Assembly (NCBI GenBank): GCA_907165135.1
Contig: OU015567.1
Location: 13,020,001 to 13,084,000 of the forward strand
DNA from: Oikopleura dioica
Taxonomy: Eukaryota; Animalia; Chordata
Direction of reading: 5' to 3'
Length of the DNA: 64,000 bases
A program made the translations under genes and the position numbers. Below are positions 1 through 13,850 of this stretch, in pieces. A model generated the notes under the pieces. The model was given only the letters and a program-made list of their open reading frames with translations, ran no database searches and was not told the origin of the DNA. The stretch's first letter is position 1; each line of letters opens with the position of its first letter.

Positions 1-2205
1 TGTTAGCATCAATAACTTCTTTCGCTGGCTCAGGAAGGTTTCTGAAAATGAAGAGACTAAAACAAAGATGTTTGCTTACTTGAATGCTTCTCGGGAGGGA
101 TCGCGATTGAGAGTGTCGGTGGTTTTGTTCGTGGAGGCATGTGAGTGAGTATCAATATCCGAGTCGATGTCGTCGTCGTTGGGATCTCGCATTTGAAGAA
201 CAGAGCGTCGGACGTCTCGAACGCCTTCGTAGACCATTCGAGCGGCCTCTAAAAGATCACTTTAGACGGGAAAATGAGAGAAAAGCTTACCAATGAATTC
301 GTTCTCGTCAATTTCCTCTGGTGGGTCCTTGTCGAGAGCTTCGATAACAGCCGAAACCCGCTGGGTAAAGATTGGAGTGATCTCTTCCAAAAGCCTGTCT
401 GTTTCTTCACGCACTTTGTCGGTGTAAAAGTCTGGCTCGTAATTGTCCATTTCCGCCATGACAACTTGATGAACTCGTTGGACGCGTCCTTGAATCGCCC
501 CAGCAGTTCTATCGAGTTGATCGAGCTCTTTCGATTGTAACGCGGCGACGCATTGAGTGACGTCTTCCAAAACATGAGCTTCCGAAACCGCCAAAAAGTC
601 GCCGATCGTTACAATTTCATCAACAGCGTCGGTTAAGTTTTGCACTTCTCCTTCCCACTTTCGTCTGAAAGCTTCCATATTTTCCTGAGCAATCTCCGAA
701 TCCGTCCTTGCGGCGAGAGTGAGCGCTGCGTTGATGACTTGTGGACACAAAGTTTCGATTTGGTTGCACGCTAGTTTCACCATTCGTACGCCTTCCTCAT
801 TATTCGACATCGTCGTCGCCAGTTTCGCCACTTCTACGAGCTTCTCAGCGTGCTCTCGGAAGACCTGTGCGTATTCCTTGACTTCTTCTTCGTTTCCCTT
901 TTTCGCAGCTTCGATCAGGACGAGCAGAGGTACTGAGGTTTGAAGATAGGTGTCACTGACGTGATCTACGACGGCCTTTCGCAGTTGTCTCTTCAGGTCT
1001 TTATTTTTCATGACCATTGCGTCGATCGCATTCTCCAACATCGCTGATCTGTTTGGATTACCAGAGTTATTGATGTACTCGTTCAGCAGATCCTGAAGCG
1101 CCTGGCGAACATTATTGGCTTCTTCGACGATTCGTTCTCGTCTGTCCTCTCTCGTGCAATCGGCATCTGCCATCAACGCAGCTCCGGAAATAATTCTTTC
1201 CAGTTTTTCCTCCAGGCTTGGTCGGACAACGCTCTCTTCGAATTTCAACGGCGAAAAGTCGATCTGCTCCTCGAACTGGTCAAACGCATCGGCTAGGTTG
1301 TTGCCTGTGCCATCACGCGCCGACAATGGCCCAGTGCCAGTCACGGCTCGCTCGATTCGCTGCATGGCGTCCTGAACTTTTCGCAGGACAAAGTCACGGT
1401 TTTGCTTGGCGGCGGCGACTTCAGGATGTTCCAGCGCAGCTTTCGAAGCCGTGTAGAGCATCAATGAATTGTCTTTCAAGTCTCGTCGAGCAGCGGCGAG
1501 CTCGTCTCGTCGTGTTGGATCCTTCAAGTCTTTTTGTCGGAAGCCAGCGGCTGCTTGAAGCTTCGCCACGTCGGAGCCGAATTCTTTGAAAGTCGCGTTC
1601 AATTCGTCTTGGGTGCTCGCTTCTTTCACTTTTCCCAAGCTTCCCTTCGCGATTCTCAGCTTTTCCAAAAGTCGTTCCACATCAACCATATCGGCCAGAA
1701 CCAGCAATCGAGTAACAGCAGAAAGGACTGCCCGAGCATGGCGAACGACCTTCTCTCTCTTCTTAGTTTCGAATGGATCGCTGACGAATTCGCCAGCGGC
1801 GGATTTGAGGCTCGCGCCAGAAGTGGCAATTTCTTGAAGAATGCCGTTCATGTCATTTCCCAAGGTGCCGTACTTGGATGCAATTTGCGAGACTTCATGG
1901 CCCACTTGCATAAATCCGTCCAGCGCCCTGTCAACTGCCTAATCAGAAGATCGTCAGAACGGAGTTATTTTCAGCCTTAATTTTTACCTCAATCAAGACA
2001 GCGCCTGATTTTGATTGTCCCTTGCGGTAATTTGACGGTTTTCCAGACACGAGCGTCGTCACCTTAAAAAATAACACATCAGAAAATGAAATTATTAATT
2101 CAGTACCTGTTTAACAAGCTGTTCCAACTGTCGCTCAACGGACAAAGTCCTAATTTCAAAATTCTTCGGGTCCCACTGGGCATGGTGTTGCTGTCGCAGC
2201 GTCAT
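1..2205 (-). CDS. CTNNA: Alpha-catenin, 5' part (gene continues beyond window start)
   Basis: Spliced exons 2205-2107, 2062-1988, 1938-291 and further exons below 250 give MTLRQQHHAQWDPKNFEIRTLSVERQLEQLVKQ-VTTLVSGK...ARAVLSAVTRLLVLADMVDV...LRKAVVDHVSDT...EAARMVYEGVRDVRRSVL, matching alpha-catenin; GT-AG introns. Confidence 0.95.
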
Positions 2206-3650
2206 TTCAACTGTTTTCCTCTCAGACTGCCTCTAACTCAAGCGTGCCCGTCTAAAAAAGGGGATTTTAAACAAGACTGAACCGGTTAGTCAGCGCATCT
2301 TTCTTTTTCAAAAGAAACCGCCTCGAAGAAAATCGATTGCGTCTTTTGAATATTGCAGCGAAAATAGCTCAAAAATGACTCAGTAATAAACTCCACAGGG
2401 AACTGTACGTTATATTAGGAAAAGTAGTAATAACTCTTTCAATCAGGAAAAATATTCAATAATCAAGTTGAAGGGGTATTTTAAACACCGTATTTAGGAC
2501 CTCTTCGAAACAACAACGAGAAGGCTTTAGTATAAAAGGTAATTGGATACATAACTTTAGTCTTATGGAAACTTATACCCTCGGCACGAGCGTCATTCCC
2601 TTTGTTGTCTTAACGTTTTTTGACTTTTTTCTTTTGAGCTATTTTCCGTTTTTTGCATTTCTTTAAAAATTCTGTTTCAACGCGCCTGGAGCGGAAGTAC
2701 AAATTGCCCGCGCAACTCTCTTTCATCTTTCTACTTTTCAAAACCGCCAGTTTTTCTTTCTTTCGGGGCTGTGGCCATCTGTCGACCTGGAAAGCCCAGG
2801 AGAGAGGGGCTGAAAATTGCTAATTAAAAGTTCGCACTAGTGCTAATTCTCGGAGCCCGCGCCAAAATCCGATAACTAGCGCTGCTAAACCGTGTTTTTT
2901 ATAAATGTCAAAGCCCGTTTTAATAACGATAATGATTCCGCCTGATTCTCTGTGCCCTTGACTCTGTCAGCTCTTGGAAAATTCGAATGTTTAGCCAGTC
3001 ATTTTTGAAATAGCGCATTCACAAAAAGCAAATTTGCACAGCACCGCGCGTAAGAATTACTCTTATTCATCCTGTATGCCTAACTGTATGTCTTTTTAAC
3101 GACTGGAAGGAAAGGATAAACAGGGTTCTCTAGTTCTGGCAGCAGAAAACTCAAATAGTAAATTTAGCTTTGGCTCAGATGCTAATCCAAGATGAGCTGA
3201 AACACCTTGTAAAGCTAACACGGGTGTGAAAGACTGCTTTATGTAAAAAATCAATTTTTCATCAAATTTTCTTCTCAATAAGTAGAATTTATTGGGCCCC
3301 ACTCTCTTAAAACCATTATTTATCCTTTTGGGCAGTATCTTATTGGTCAAAAAACAAGGCTCTTGGTTCTTATTGGTCGAAGCACGCACTAACAAACGAT
3401 GTAAAGTTTTTATATCAAACACAATAATTTATAAATGCGCTTGGAATATAAATCATAAAGGTCTACTCTAAGGTCTTCTTCTCGCCGATAACCTCTAGTT
3501 CATTAAAAAATGCATGTTGTTGAAATTTCGGAAGTGATGAAAAATGGCGTGGTTTGAAAAGAAAATTCACTTGTCTTTTTGACGAGCGTGAATTGATGTT
3601 TGTATGAATCAAGCTGCTTCAGTTACCTACGCACTTACTACGCTCCTGTG

Positions 3651-3700
3651 CCTCTCTCTCTCTCTGAAGAGCTAATAACTCTCTCTCTTTCTCTCCTTTT
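3651..3700. repeat. Imperfect (CT)n microsatellite
   Basis: cctctctctctctctgaagagctaataactctctctctttctctcc. Confidence 0.6.
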
Positions 3701-5149
3701 CACTTTTTCCCTTATCGCTTTCAGCTTTGGTAGCTCCCCAGCTTCGTATCTCTTATCGCTTCATCCCAATCGCCAATCGTCAAATCAAAATTGATTTTTT
3801 CTTTCAAAGCGAAAATAAAAAAACATAAAGAAAACGCGAGAAAATAAGAAAAAGAGCGAAATCGAGGGCGAAAATTGTGGATTCGAAAAAAGGGTTGATT
3901 AGGATGATGAATGGCTATTAGCCCCGGGCAGAGGCGGCAAAGGGAGAAATTTCCGACCAATGATTCATACTTTTTGATAATTACAGATCTGAGGAAGAGA
4001 CATTTTCAGCAGAATCTGAAATAAGACATAAAAATTCGAATAGTGGAAGTCATAACTGCAATTTTGAAGTACTTTTAAGCACGGTAACAGTAACTGTTGA
4101 TCCGCTGGATCAAAGAGTCAATGTCGCCGGAATGCTTTACTACTACTTAATATTTAGAGGTTCTAAATTAGAACAATTTTCAGAGCGGAATTTTACTCTA
4201 TAACAAAATTTAATCGTAAAATGTTTGATTCTGTGATAAAATTGATCATCATTTAGAATCGAAGGATTTCACAATAATATTATCCAGATAATTATGATCA
4301 AATAGGTTCGATTTTTGGAAAAAATGTTCTGCAAGAAAAATTAGCCAATGAAAAGACGTCAAAATCGGTTGCCTCCGCGGTATCCGACATTTTTTGATCA
4401 ATGCAGAATGGAGAGTTTTGATATTTGACTTCTTATCATACCATTTATGTAGGTAATAATTTGATGAAGACAATTTATTGGGAATAGGAAGTGTTAGATT
4501 GGTAAAGTGGGTGGCGGGGAAGAAGAAGTGGCTGAAAAATGGCGGCGGATCAATATGGCGATGATTCATGCCGAATTACGTGCTGCTGCTGCACATTGCT
4601 GGCAGCGCGTGTACGCTCCAAGGTGTGAGCCGCACTCCCCTCGGGGCATTCATCCCTTCTCCGAGCCAGAAAGAGAACGCCTGATAACTCAATTACGACT
4701 TATCTACCTTTCTAACCGACTGTTTTCTTTTAGAATGAAACGAGAAGTGAAACCATGAGCCAAACCAATGAACATTTGGCTACCAAAGAAACAGAGGAGT
4801 TCGGGATGAAATTCTAACGAAAAAATGAAATAGGGAGGCCCTTTCTGTAGCAACATAGAAGGTCCTAAATCGGCTTCTTCGAGCCCATTTTCTTGTGAAA
4901 AATGTGAAAAATTGTTATCCCGAAGAACAGAAATCGTCGAAGCCTCCTCATTATTGGAAAAGAAGTGTTCAAGTGAAGACCATTTTCTCTCATCGAATGA
5001 TGAATACGAGCTCCCGCTGCGCCCTTTCAATCGCTACAAAGGGGTGATCCTAGACAAGGTACACCAGTTTTTTTAATTCCCGCCCTACTTGTAGAAAACT
5101 TTTTTACTTAATTTTGTGCCGCTATTTCGAATTTTAATGGCTGTTTTAA

Positions 5150-8100
5150 GAGAACTATATCTGGGCATGTGACGCATATCAACTACGAAAATGAATACTG
5201 CCTGGTGGACAATAGCGTGACAGGTGTGGGTATCGAAGAAGTACAGTATCTTTCTTGTGTCTATCTCGTTGTCGTCATCGCTCGGATATTTATCGACCCC
5301 ATCGACCAGTGATATTCTCAGAGTTTGGCGAAGACGTCGTCCCCGCCAAGGGTCTTCCGATCGATGTCGGCCAGCAGCGCTGGAGACAAGCCGCCCAACC
5401 CAAGTTCGTCCAAGGAAAGAGTCTATCCTCCTTTTTATTCAATTAAATCATATCGCCGCTATACAGCCGCGCCAAGGCCCAAATCGCGCAATTATCCTTA
5501 AATCTCCATCCTCATTAGCATTTTCAAGCGCTATGCATTTCCTTGCGTATTTAAAATAAAAACAGCGACGATAACTCTCAAAAAGGTTGGACAAACAGCT
5601 TTGTTCTCGCTCTTCCGGCGCCGATCCCCGAAGGAGTGGAAGCGATGGAGACTAAGAACATCAAATTCATCGATTTCGATCGCCAAATTGCCTTCCTTGA
5701 AGAATCAGACTTGATTTGCGACATTTCAAGAGTCCATTTCGAAGCTAATGGCCAGAAAGTGAATACTTACACACCCCGAGTCGGCGACAACATCATTGTT
5801 CCGCGGCAAGAAATCACAGAGAACAGAATGGTTAGCGGTATTCGACCGAGTCAGGTGACGAAGAAATCCGGGTCAATCACGTTCTGGGATCGGAAGCGCG
5901 AGACCGGCTGGTTGAATGGCAATATTGCGTTTAATATATCCGACTGCTTGACTTGGACGCCGCGAGTGAATGAAGAAGTCTTCTTTCTTCAGATTCCGAA
6001 TAGAAAGGGACCTAGAGCGATTGAGGTTGAAAAATTTCGAGGAACCGCGGCGGGGAGGGCGAGAATCGCTCCTGTCAGTAGGTAAACTGTCTATCCTATT
6101 CAACTACCAGTAACATTGACTTCCAGGAATGACCAACGACGATTTATCTTCAAAGGCCCTCGCCCTCAAGTGTTAAAGAGACGCGACGCTCCACCCCACT
6201 TTCTCCCAAATTTCGACGTGCCCACTGCCCTCGTCAACGGTATCCGCGGTGGAACAGATATCCTCAAGATCGTCCCTTCCCTCACTCTTGATCTCAACGA
6301 GAAAAACTACCAGGATAAAATGACGGCGCTACTGTTTTGTGAAGAAGTCGCACTTGGAATTGAAATGGAACAGTTTTCATTGAAAGACGTTGTTTTGGAA
6401 CACCTCAGTTGCAACCACTTCAGTCTCGAAATCCCAGGCTTGAAGAATGAAAGTCCTCCGCTTGGAATCGCAGATTTGCTGATTATAACCGTAAAAGAAA
6501 ACGATACGATGGAGTTTCACGCGTTTATCCACACCATTCGCTTTGCCGCAAGCACTGTTATTTTCGAAATGTCCGATGTTTTCACCGAAAAGCACAAAGC
6601 CTCTCCAGTGACGATCAAATTCACGCTGAACCGCTATCCTATCAGAACAATGCAGAACGCATTAAAAGGAATCGGCCGTGATCTATCGCTCGTGACGCTT
6701 TTCCCGACGCCGACGAACTTTTTCGGGCTGGAAGACAGGCGACGATTTGAGTATATTCAACCCTATCATGTTACAGCTTCCATGATCAGCGGATTGAATC
6801 AATTCCAAAACGACGCCGTGTTGAGTGTTCTCGAGGGCGCGGGGATGTTTCATCCAAAAATCATCTTTGGCCCTGCTGGCACGGGAAAAACCCGGACAAT
6901 GGTCGAGCTCGCTAGAATACTCATCACTTGCAGCACAGCTAGAGTACTGATAGTCGCTCCATCTAACGCAGCTGCGGATATTTTACTTTCCCGTTTGAGC
7001 AATGCCCTAGGAGAACGAGCGGAACAAATCATCTGCCGCTGGAACGCACTCAGAAGAAACAACGAAACACTTTCCGAAAACTGCAAAAAGTTCAGCAAAG
7101 ATGATTTCGCCAAAGAAGCAAGATGCGTCATTAGCACTTGTCTAGCGACATCGTCACTACCTCGAAGAAAATTCGACTTTCTTCTGGGTAAATTATTTTT
7201 TCATCATTTTATTCCGTTCAAGCGCGACGGTTTTTCTTCAATTCAAAGTCACCAAATTAGTAAAATGATATCGCCATTAGTGGGCTATTTTTGGAAAGCA
7301 CCGACACACCAGACATATTCTGGGCTTTCAATAAAATCAAATTTGTAGTCGATGAAGCGTCACAGTGTACAGAGCCGGAAACATTGGTGGCGATGCGATT
7401 CACCTTGCCGGGATCGCAGGTGATTCTTGCTGGCGATCCGGCGCAATTAGGAAAGAGCTAGAAACCAGTTTAAATATAGCCATGCGAAAGTGTCATGTTC
7501 GAGCTCCAATCAGGGCCTACAGTAAAAAGCCCGTACAGCTGTCATTTTGGATTGACTACATCATTGCTTATGCGACTTATGGGCAACAGCCTTTATGAAA
7601 AGCAATCAACAGGACAGTACGACCGGCTTTATCTAACAAAGCTTTTGATTAACTATCGCAGTCATCCAAGTCTGCTCGAAATAACATCCAATTTATTCTA
7701 CGAAAGGAACAGTCGAAAACGCCATTCTATTCTTGACTCAAGACTATTGAGAACACAATGTTTTCAACTTCCGAAGGGAGCTTATGCCTGCAGATAATGA
7801 GCACTTCGATGGGACACTTGATAAATACGCTGATTTCCTCCCGAAGCCGGGATTTCCCTTCGTTTTGGTGGATGTTGCCAGTGGAACTGAGGCCCGCCAG
7901 ACTGGCTCTTTCTCTTGGTTCAATGCTAGAGAGGCGGTTCAAGTGTTATCCTACTGTAAGAATGTGATCAAAGCTGGACTTGCGCAGAGCGATGTTGGCA
8001 TCATCAGTCCATATCGGCAGCAAGTGGTTGAAATTCGAAAAATTTTGAAACTTTCGAATTTGAATGACATTCGCGTCGGATCAACGGAAGAGTTTCAGGG

Positions 8101-8527
8101 AACCGAGTACAAGTGTATCATTATTAGCACAGTGAGGGCGAATGAGAGGCTGCTTGAATATGACGCAAGGAAAGGGATTTATTTTGATCACTGAAATCAT
8201 GGAAGATAATGTTTTCTGAGATTTCTATTTTAGTTTCGTTCTGATTTTGTTGACTTGATTATTATTTTTTGTTTAGCTAGTATGAAGTATTCCTAATTGA
8301 AAACATCTAGGAAACCTTGATGTTGAAATCGCGTGAGTGATCTTTACGAGCGAGCTCAATCGAGAGAGCACTTTGTTTTCGGAAAAAACGATCTCAAATA
8401 TCTTGGGGTTTCCCTTTTTCGACTTAGCTAGAGACTATTTTTAGTAAAGAGACAATCGAAATTCCTTGCTCAGAACTTGTATAGGCTTCGTCGCAAGCAA
8501 ACAAAGAACGTGTGTGGCTCTAACAAG
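5150..8527 (+). CDS. MOV10: MOV10/MOV10L1/Armitage-like SF1 (UPF1-family) RNA helicase; 5' end (possibly from 4555) and 3' end unresolved
   Basis: Motifs IIFGPAGTGKT, VAPSNAAAD, VDEASQCTEPE, LAGDPAQLGP, NYRSHP, IISPYRQQV, VGSTEEFQGTE, IIISTVR, IGFVASKQRTCVALTR; N-terminal S1/cold-shock-like repeats (YTPRVGDNI, WTPRVNEEV) resemble MOV10L1/Armitage. Confidence 0.85.
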
Positions 8528-8989
8528 GTAAATATTTTATTCGTGAAATAGAAAATGCGTTAGAGAAAGTTGGAGAATATATTTGTGAATTCGGTAAATA
8601 TTTTCCGGGTTCAAGGTGTTCTATAAAGGCAAGGCGGGCTCGCAAAACCGTGCGGGTATCTCATCAATCTAAAAGTTTTTAGTTTTATATATTTTCTTTG
8701 ATGATTCTTTTATTGAACGAGGATATCTCAAGAATTTTGATTATTGACTTACCTTCGCAAATAATCGTCTGCAGGTAATTTTATGATTTTCCAGCGTCGC
8801 TTTAGTGAGGTCTTAAAATTTATAAAGGCGAGCGTCGCAAAATAAAACGCAGAATTATATAAGCATTTATTGATTTTTATTTCGCACTATGTGCAACTCG
8901 CGCCCCGTCCATATGTAAACGAGAGTGCCACTCGCATGAAAATGAAAAATGTCATTTTAGATCGGTCTCAGTTTTTTTTTGTTTTTCCG

Positions 8990-9490
8990 CCTCGTTCCTG
9001 TCCACTCGAGCTGACCGTTGTCCAGGACTCGCCGTGTGGTCGTTATTGGGCCACAGCTTGGTTTGGGCTTTACAAAATATAGACTGAACTTCAGCAGGTT
9101 ATTTTAGAGCCATTCCTGTGTCCAACTGCGTACGAGACGATTGTCTCGTTATCCTCATCAAGAAGGACATTTTGTGTGATTGTCTTCATAGCTCCAGAAG
9201 TTTCGGTACTGCTGCTAGTACCAGCGGTCGAGGCTTTTGACCAGGACGCTAAAGATCACAATTTATTGACCAAACTTTAACTCCTTTTGTTCTTACGGCC
9301 TGTAGACATGGGACAATCGTGATCGTTAATTCCATTCAGGTCAAATGTTTGCGTTATTTTTTGACCTTGGAACCAGGACCAGCCCGTTTCGGTGATGATC
9401 CGCACGCGGAAACTCTCTTCATCCGGAAAATTATACTTTATGATCGGGGCGAAGAAATTCGAGGCCAGGCTCCAGAACAAATCGTGCCCT
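8990..9490 (-). CDS. Fragments of an uncharacterised gene, weakly FABP/lipocalin-like
   Basis: Exon-like pieces GHDLFWSLASNFFAPIIKYNFPDEESFRVRIITETGWSWFQGQKITQTFDLNGINDHDCPMSTGRK and KTITQNVLLDEDNETIVSYAVGHRNGSKIT; beta-rich pattern judged by eye only. Confidence 0.3.
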
Positions 9491-9835
9491 AAAAATGATG
9501 TGATTCATAACCTTCTCAAAAACTTCTATTGCTAAAGGTTATGAAAACAAAAGAAAGTACTACGTGATTCAGAAGTGGAATGAGGACTTCTGCGTAAAAT
9601 TTACATAAAAAAAGTAAATTCCAGAGTCTCATATTACCTCATTCGATTGGAAACGATCTCTACTTACTTTTATCTAAAGGAATCTAAAGAGAAATGCCGC
9701 GTAATTAGAATATTTTAGTAGAGGTTTTATTATCCAGTAGATAATGTTTTTCTGTATTTTATTGGTGCTTATTTACGCTTGGAAATAAGCTGTCAGCGAT
9801 GATGCATATCATTCATTCGTATCTTGCTTATTTAA

Positions 9836-10230
9836 GGGGGTAGAACTAGATTTTTCGAAAAACCTTGATTTTCGAAAGGCACTTTTAATAAGAAAAATCT
9901 GTTTTTACTTATGATTACGCAATTTCCTCAAAAATACTGCTAGATAAAGGGTTAAACTATCTTAAAATGAGATTGAAAAAATTTGGCTATTCACGTGACT
10001 CGAGAAATTTGAGGACGCGAATACGCTAAAATTGCGATTTTCGAAGAGATGGGTTGACGTTTCGCTCTCTAACGCCAAAATGTGTTGACTAAATAAAATT
10101 TTAAGAAAAATGTTGTTAGATCTAAGTTTGATCTATCTTCAGCCAAAGAGAGAATTTGAAAATCTAAGCTCTACTGGCTTTGAGCGCCGGTCTAGAATCA
10201 GCTATTTTTGAAAAACCTAGTTCTACCCCC
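9836..10230. mobile_element. 395-bp MITE with TTAA target duplication (Kolobok-like GG..CC termini)
   Basis: 26-bp TIR GGGGGTAGAACTAG(A/G)TTTTTC(G/A)AAAA (24/26 match); TTAA at 9832-9835 and 10231-10234; no ORF. Confidence 0.9.
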
Positions 10231-12314
10231 TTAAACCGCCATTTAAATATTATATCGATTCGTTTTTATTGAGTTTTCTTTTTTTTTTCTGCTGCGAATT
10301 CGACTTGAGCTCTCGCTTTCATTTTTTGAATAGTTTTTATAATGACAAGTAGGAAGATCCATCCGTGGAATGTTGTTTCGCTGTGTCGATCGTTTAGCCA
10401 AATTTATGGCATTGTTAAAGGACGGATCGTATTAGTATTGAAGGGCCAGAGTAGAGAAATTGACAGAAAAAAGCGCGTTGCTTCCCGATTTCCACTGGAA
10501 ATCCTTGTTGATTTCAGTGAAAGTACGGAACAAAAACCTTGGAAAACAATAGGCAAATTGACCCCAAATGGATCCATTTTTGTAATGGACGAGTGAAAAA
10601 ATGAGTTGTGCGCTGTTTTTTTGTGTGTCTGTGTACGTCTCCGAGTCCCAGGGGAACCTTTGACTCATTGAAAATAGAGAGTATATCGCCATTGGCATAT
10701 ATACATACGCCATCGTCGCTAACCTTTTCTGCTCGCCGCAGAGTCAGCCAGAGAGAATGGAACGTTGACTGGCCAGGGCCGCCTGGGCTCTCAGCTCGAC
10801 CTCGACTGATCTTGGAGCCCAGGCATTTGTACAGGGCCATTCGTAGTGTAAACAAATGCGAAAAAGAGAACAGGTCAAAAATGAAGACGATTTTGAAAGA
10901 GAGAAAGCGCGGAAAAAAGAGGAACAGAGAGATATTGGCCTGTCAGTAATTAACTGGGCTGTCATTGATCGCCGGATTAGAGCGGCCAAGTCGTTATCCT
11001 ACTCGAACGCGAGAAATTAAACTCGTCCAGCCAAAACGGTATTTTCAGTGTATTTTTCCTGACCACTTTATTTTTAGTTTTGTAGGAAGGAACTTGTGGA
11101 AAGTTTTTTTCTAATAATTAGCGCTTCGAGTATTAGACGCTCTATCTTACCTTAGTCGGTAATTCAGAGTTTAAAACGGGGATTTACTGAAATGGAATTC
11201 AGTTGAAACAACGCTTTTTATAAGTGGGGCTAGTTTTTGTTCGTTTCCAAATAAGACAAGTTGGTAGATTGTTAGGAGTAGAATAGATGGCCAAGCTGTC
11301 AATCAAATAAAGGGACAATAGAAGCGCAGAGGCCGAGCGCTTCATTGGCTATCGGATAAGCCCGTAGCGCAAGATCAAGGTCGACACCCTCTCTTACCTA
11401 TTGCTAGATTATAACGCCAGACGTTTTCACATTTTACTTGTTGCCACACGCCAGATAACAGCTTGATGTCTCGAGAAACTAGTGATACGGAACTGCCTGC
11501 TTTTTTCACCGGATCTTCACCTAAACAAATACGCTTTAATGTTAATTGCCCTTCTGATAAGACTAGCAATGTTTTAACGTAAATTGTGTACCACTTTTTC
11601 GTCATAAACAAAAGTGACTCGCCCATAAATTTTCTATTTTACGAGAACAAACTTTTAGAAAACTTACCGATTTTCAGTGGATATGTGGGATTTCCCCGGC
11701 CAAAGGATGGCATGAGGATTTCTTTGCCATAGACGACGATTTTACTTTCGGACTCTTTAGGGTTCATTCTCTCTGCCACGCGGTATAAGAGCCAGCTAAT
11801 TTTTCCAGCGTATAAACAGAGGTCCTATCTATTCTAGAGACCCCTCGTTAGATTCACTTATTGACTTGACTGTCTGACTGTATCTTTTAGAGCGAAAGAA
11901 TTGATCATTCTCATCGGAAAGTTGGAATTGCTAGAACTGGACTCAACTTGGAAGGAGTTCATCGCACACTGCCGCGCTCATTCTGCCATAATTACTGCCT
12001 GAGACTCTTATGAATCTTAGCCAGTCAGTAATCCTCAATTTTTTCAGAAAAAAGAGGGCTGCTCCCAGTCGGCTGTCGAGCAGTGTTGAAGAGCATCGTC
12101 GTCCTCGGGACTCTTTAGTCGGGGAGATCGTTCCTATCTTCTTTTTCGTTCACGCCAATTAGAAAAAGGTATTAAAACATGGCGCCAGCAATTTTAAATG
12201 TCTGCGCGAATATATTATTTCGCGCGTTTTTAAATAATTTTCGTTCAGGACAGTCTCAACGAATTGGTTTTGCAAGATCGTTGAGTTTTGATCAAGTATG
12301 CCGACATGTGTAGT

Positions 12315-13850
12315 ATGGGCTGTTTTAAAGTAAAATCGAACGACGACGACGAGCGCGAGCGGATTGAACAGAGCAAGCGCATCGACAAGGAGCTCGGAAA
12401 ATGCAAGCAAGAGTACCGATCGACGCATCGCCTCCTCCTCCTCGGCGCTGGAGAAAGCGGCAAGAGCACAGTCGTCAAACAAATGCGCATCCTCCACGTC
12501 AACGGCTTTAGCGACGACGAGAAGAGGCGAAAAATAGCCGATATCAAGAGGAATATAAGAGATGGAATCGTATCTATTATTTCAGGTTAGCAACAAACAA
12601 CTCACCCCTGAAAAACGACACTGTGGAGAAAGAACTTATTTGAGAGTTTGATAAATCAGAATTGTTTTAATCCTAATTTGATATATTCTCCTAGATCTAA
12701 GGCTGCACCAGCTTTGACCGTAACTGTCATCAGACACAGTCTCTCGCTCTGACGTCTATTTTCGACGCGTTCCAAACTTGACGTCACCCAAATTTGAGAT
12801 TCTCTCTCCCTCTCTTTCACTCAATTATGCATTTATAACAATCTCAGACCTCATTTTACGTCATTCTCCCTCTTCCATTTTGGATCGTCTCATAAACTAA
12901 CATTCTTTTTTATTCAGCGATGAGTGAAATAAATCCGCCTGTACAGTTACATAACCCCGAATCTCAAGCCTCTTTTGACTATTGTGTGAACAAAAAGAAC
13001 GAGCAGGAGTACGACGATGTCTTCTTCTCGCATGTGTCGCGGCTGTGGAAGGATCCGGGCGTTCAAGAGTGCTACGACCGCAGCCACGAATACCAACTCA
13101 TCGACTGCGCCAAGTACTTCCTCGACAAGGTTGACGATGTCCGCAAGCCCGACTACGCGCCCAGCAGTCAAGACATGCTCAGGTGTCGAGTCCTCACGCA
13201 GGGCATCTTCGAGACGAGATTCACCATCGAAAAGGTCAACTTTCATATGTTCGACGTTGGCGGTCAGCGTGATGAGCGGCGCAAGTGGATCCAGTGCTTT
13301 AACGATGTAACGGCGATTATCTTTGGTAAAGACCTAGAATCGCCATTCATCTGACTAACAATCTTTCTAGTTGTTGCATCGAGTTCGTATAACATGATGC
13401 TGCGCGAGGACAACAGTCAAAACCGACTTGAAGAAGCGGTCCACCTCTTCCAAACGATATGGAACAATCGCTGGCTCAAGACTATCTCCGTCATCCTCTT
13501 TCTGAACAAACAGGATCTGCTGAGGGAAAAAATATTACTAGGAAAATCAAAGCTTGAAGGTAGCTCTTTCTCTTCTTCTTGATATTCATTGTCTCTCCTT
13601 AGATTATTTCGAAGACTACAAGAGCTATGTATGTCCAGAGAAGATCAACGACGAGCCTGCAAGTGTAACCAGTGCCAAATATTTCATCCGCGATCTCTTC
13701 ATCCGAATCTCGACGGCGACGGGCGAGGGAAAACACTACTGCTACCCGCACTTCACCTGCGCCGTCGACACCGAAAACATCAAGAGAGTGTTCAACGACT
13801 GTCGCGACATCATCCAAAGAATGCACTTACGCCAATACGAACTGATCTAG
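12315..13850 (+). CDS. GNAS: G protein alpha subunit, Gs class
   Basis: Exons 12315-12585, 12918-13325, 13371-13559, 13603-13850; [69 protein letters not shown]-terminus [11 protein letters not shown]. Confidence 0.97.

Noticed and set aside
249-1980. Overlapping + strand and alternative-frame ORFs over alpha-catenin (also over GNAS, MetRS and the PH gene)
   Set aside because: Antisense shadows of codon-biased genes with no independent motifs
3070-3480. Possible mitochondrial insertion (NUMT)
   Set aside because: Manual translation with the ascidian mitochondrial code gave no recognisable gene in the frames examined
10340-10990. Possible pseudokinase exons on the minus strand
   Set aside because: Resemblance to kinase subdomains is superficial and split across frames; no HRD/DFG equivalents
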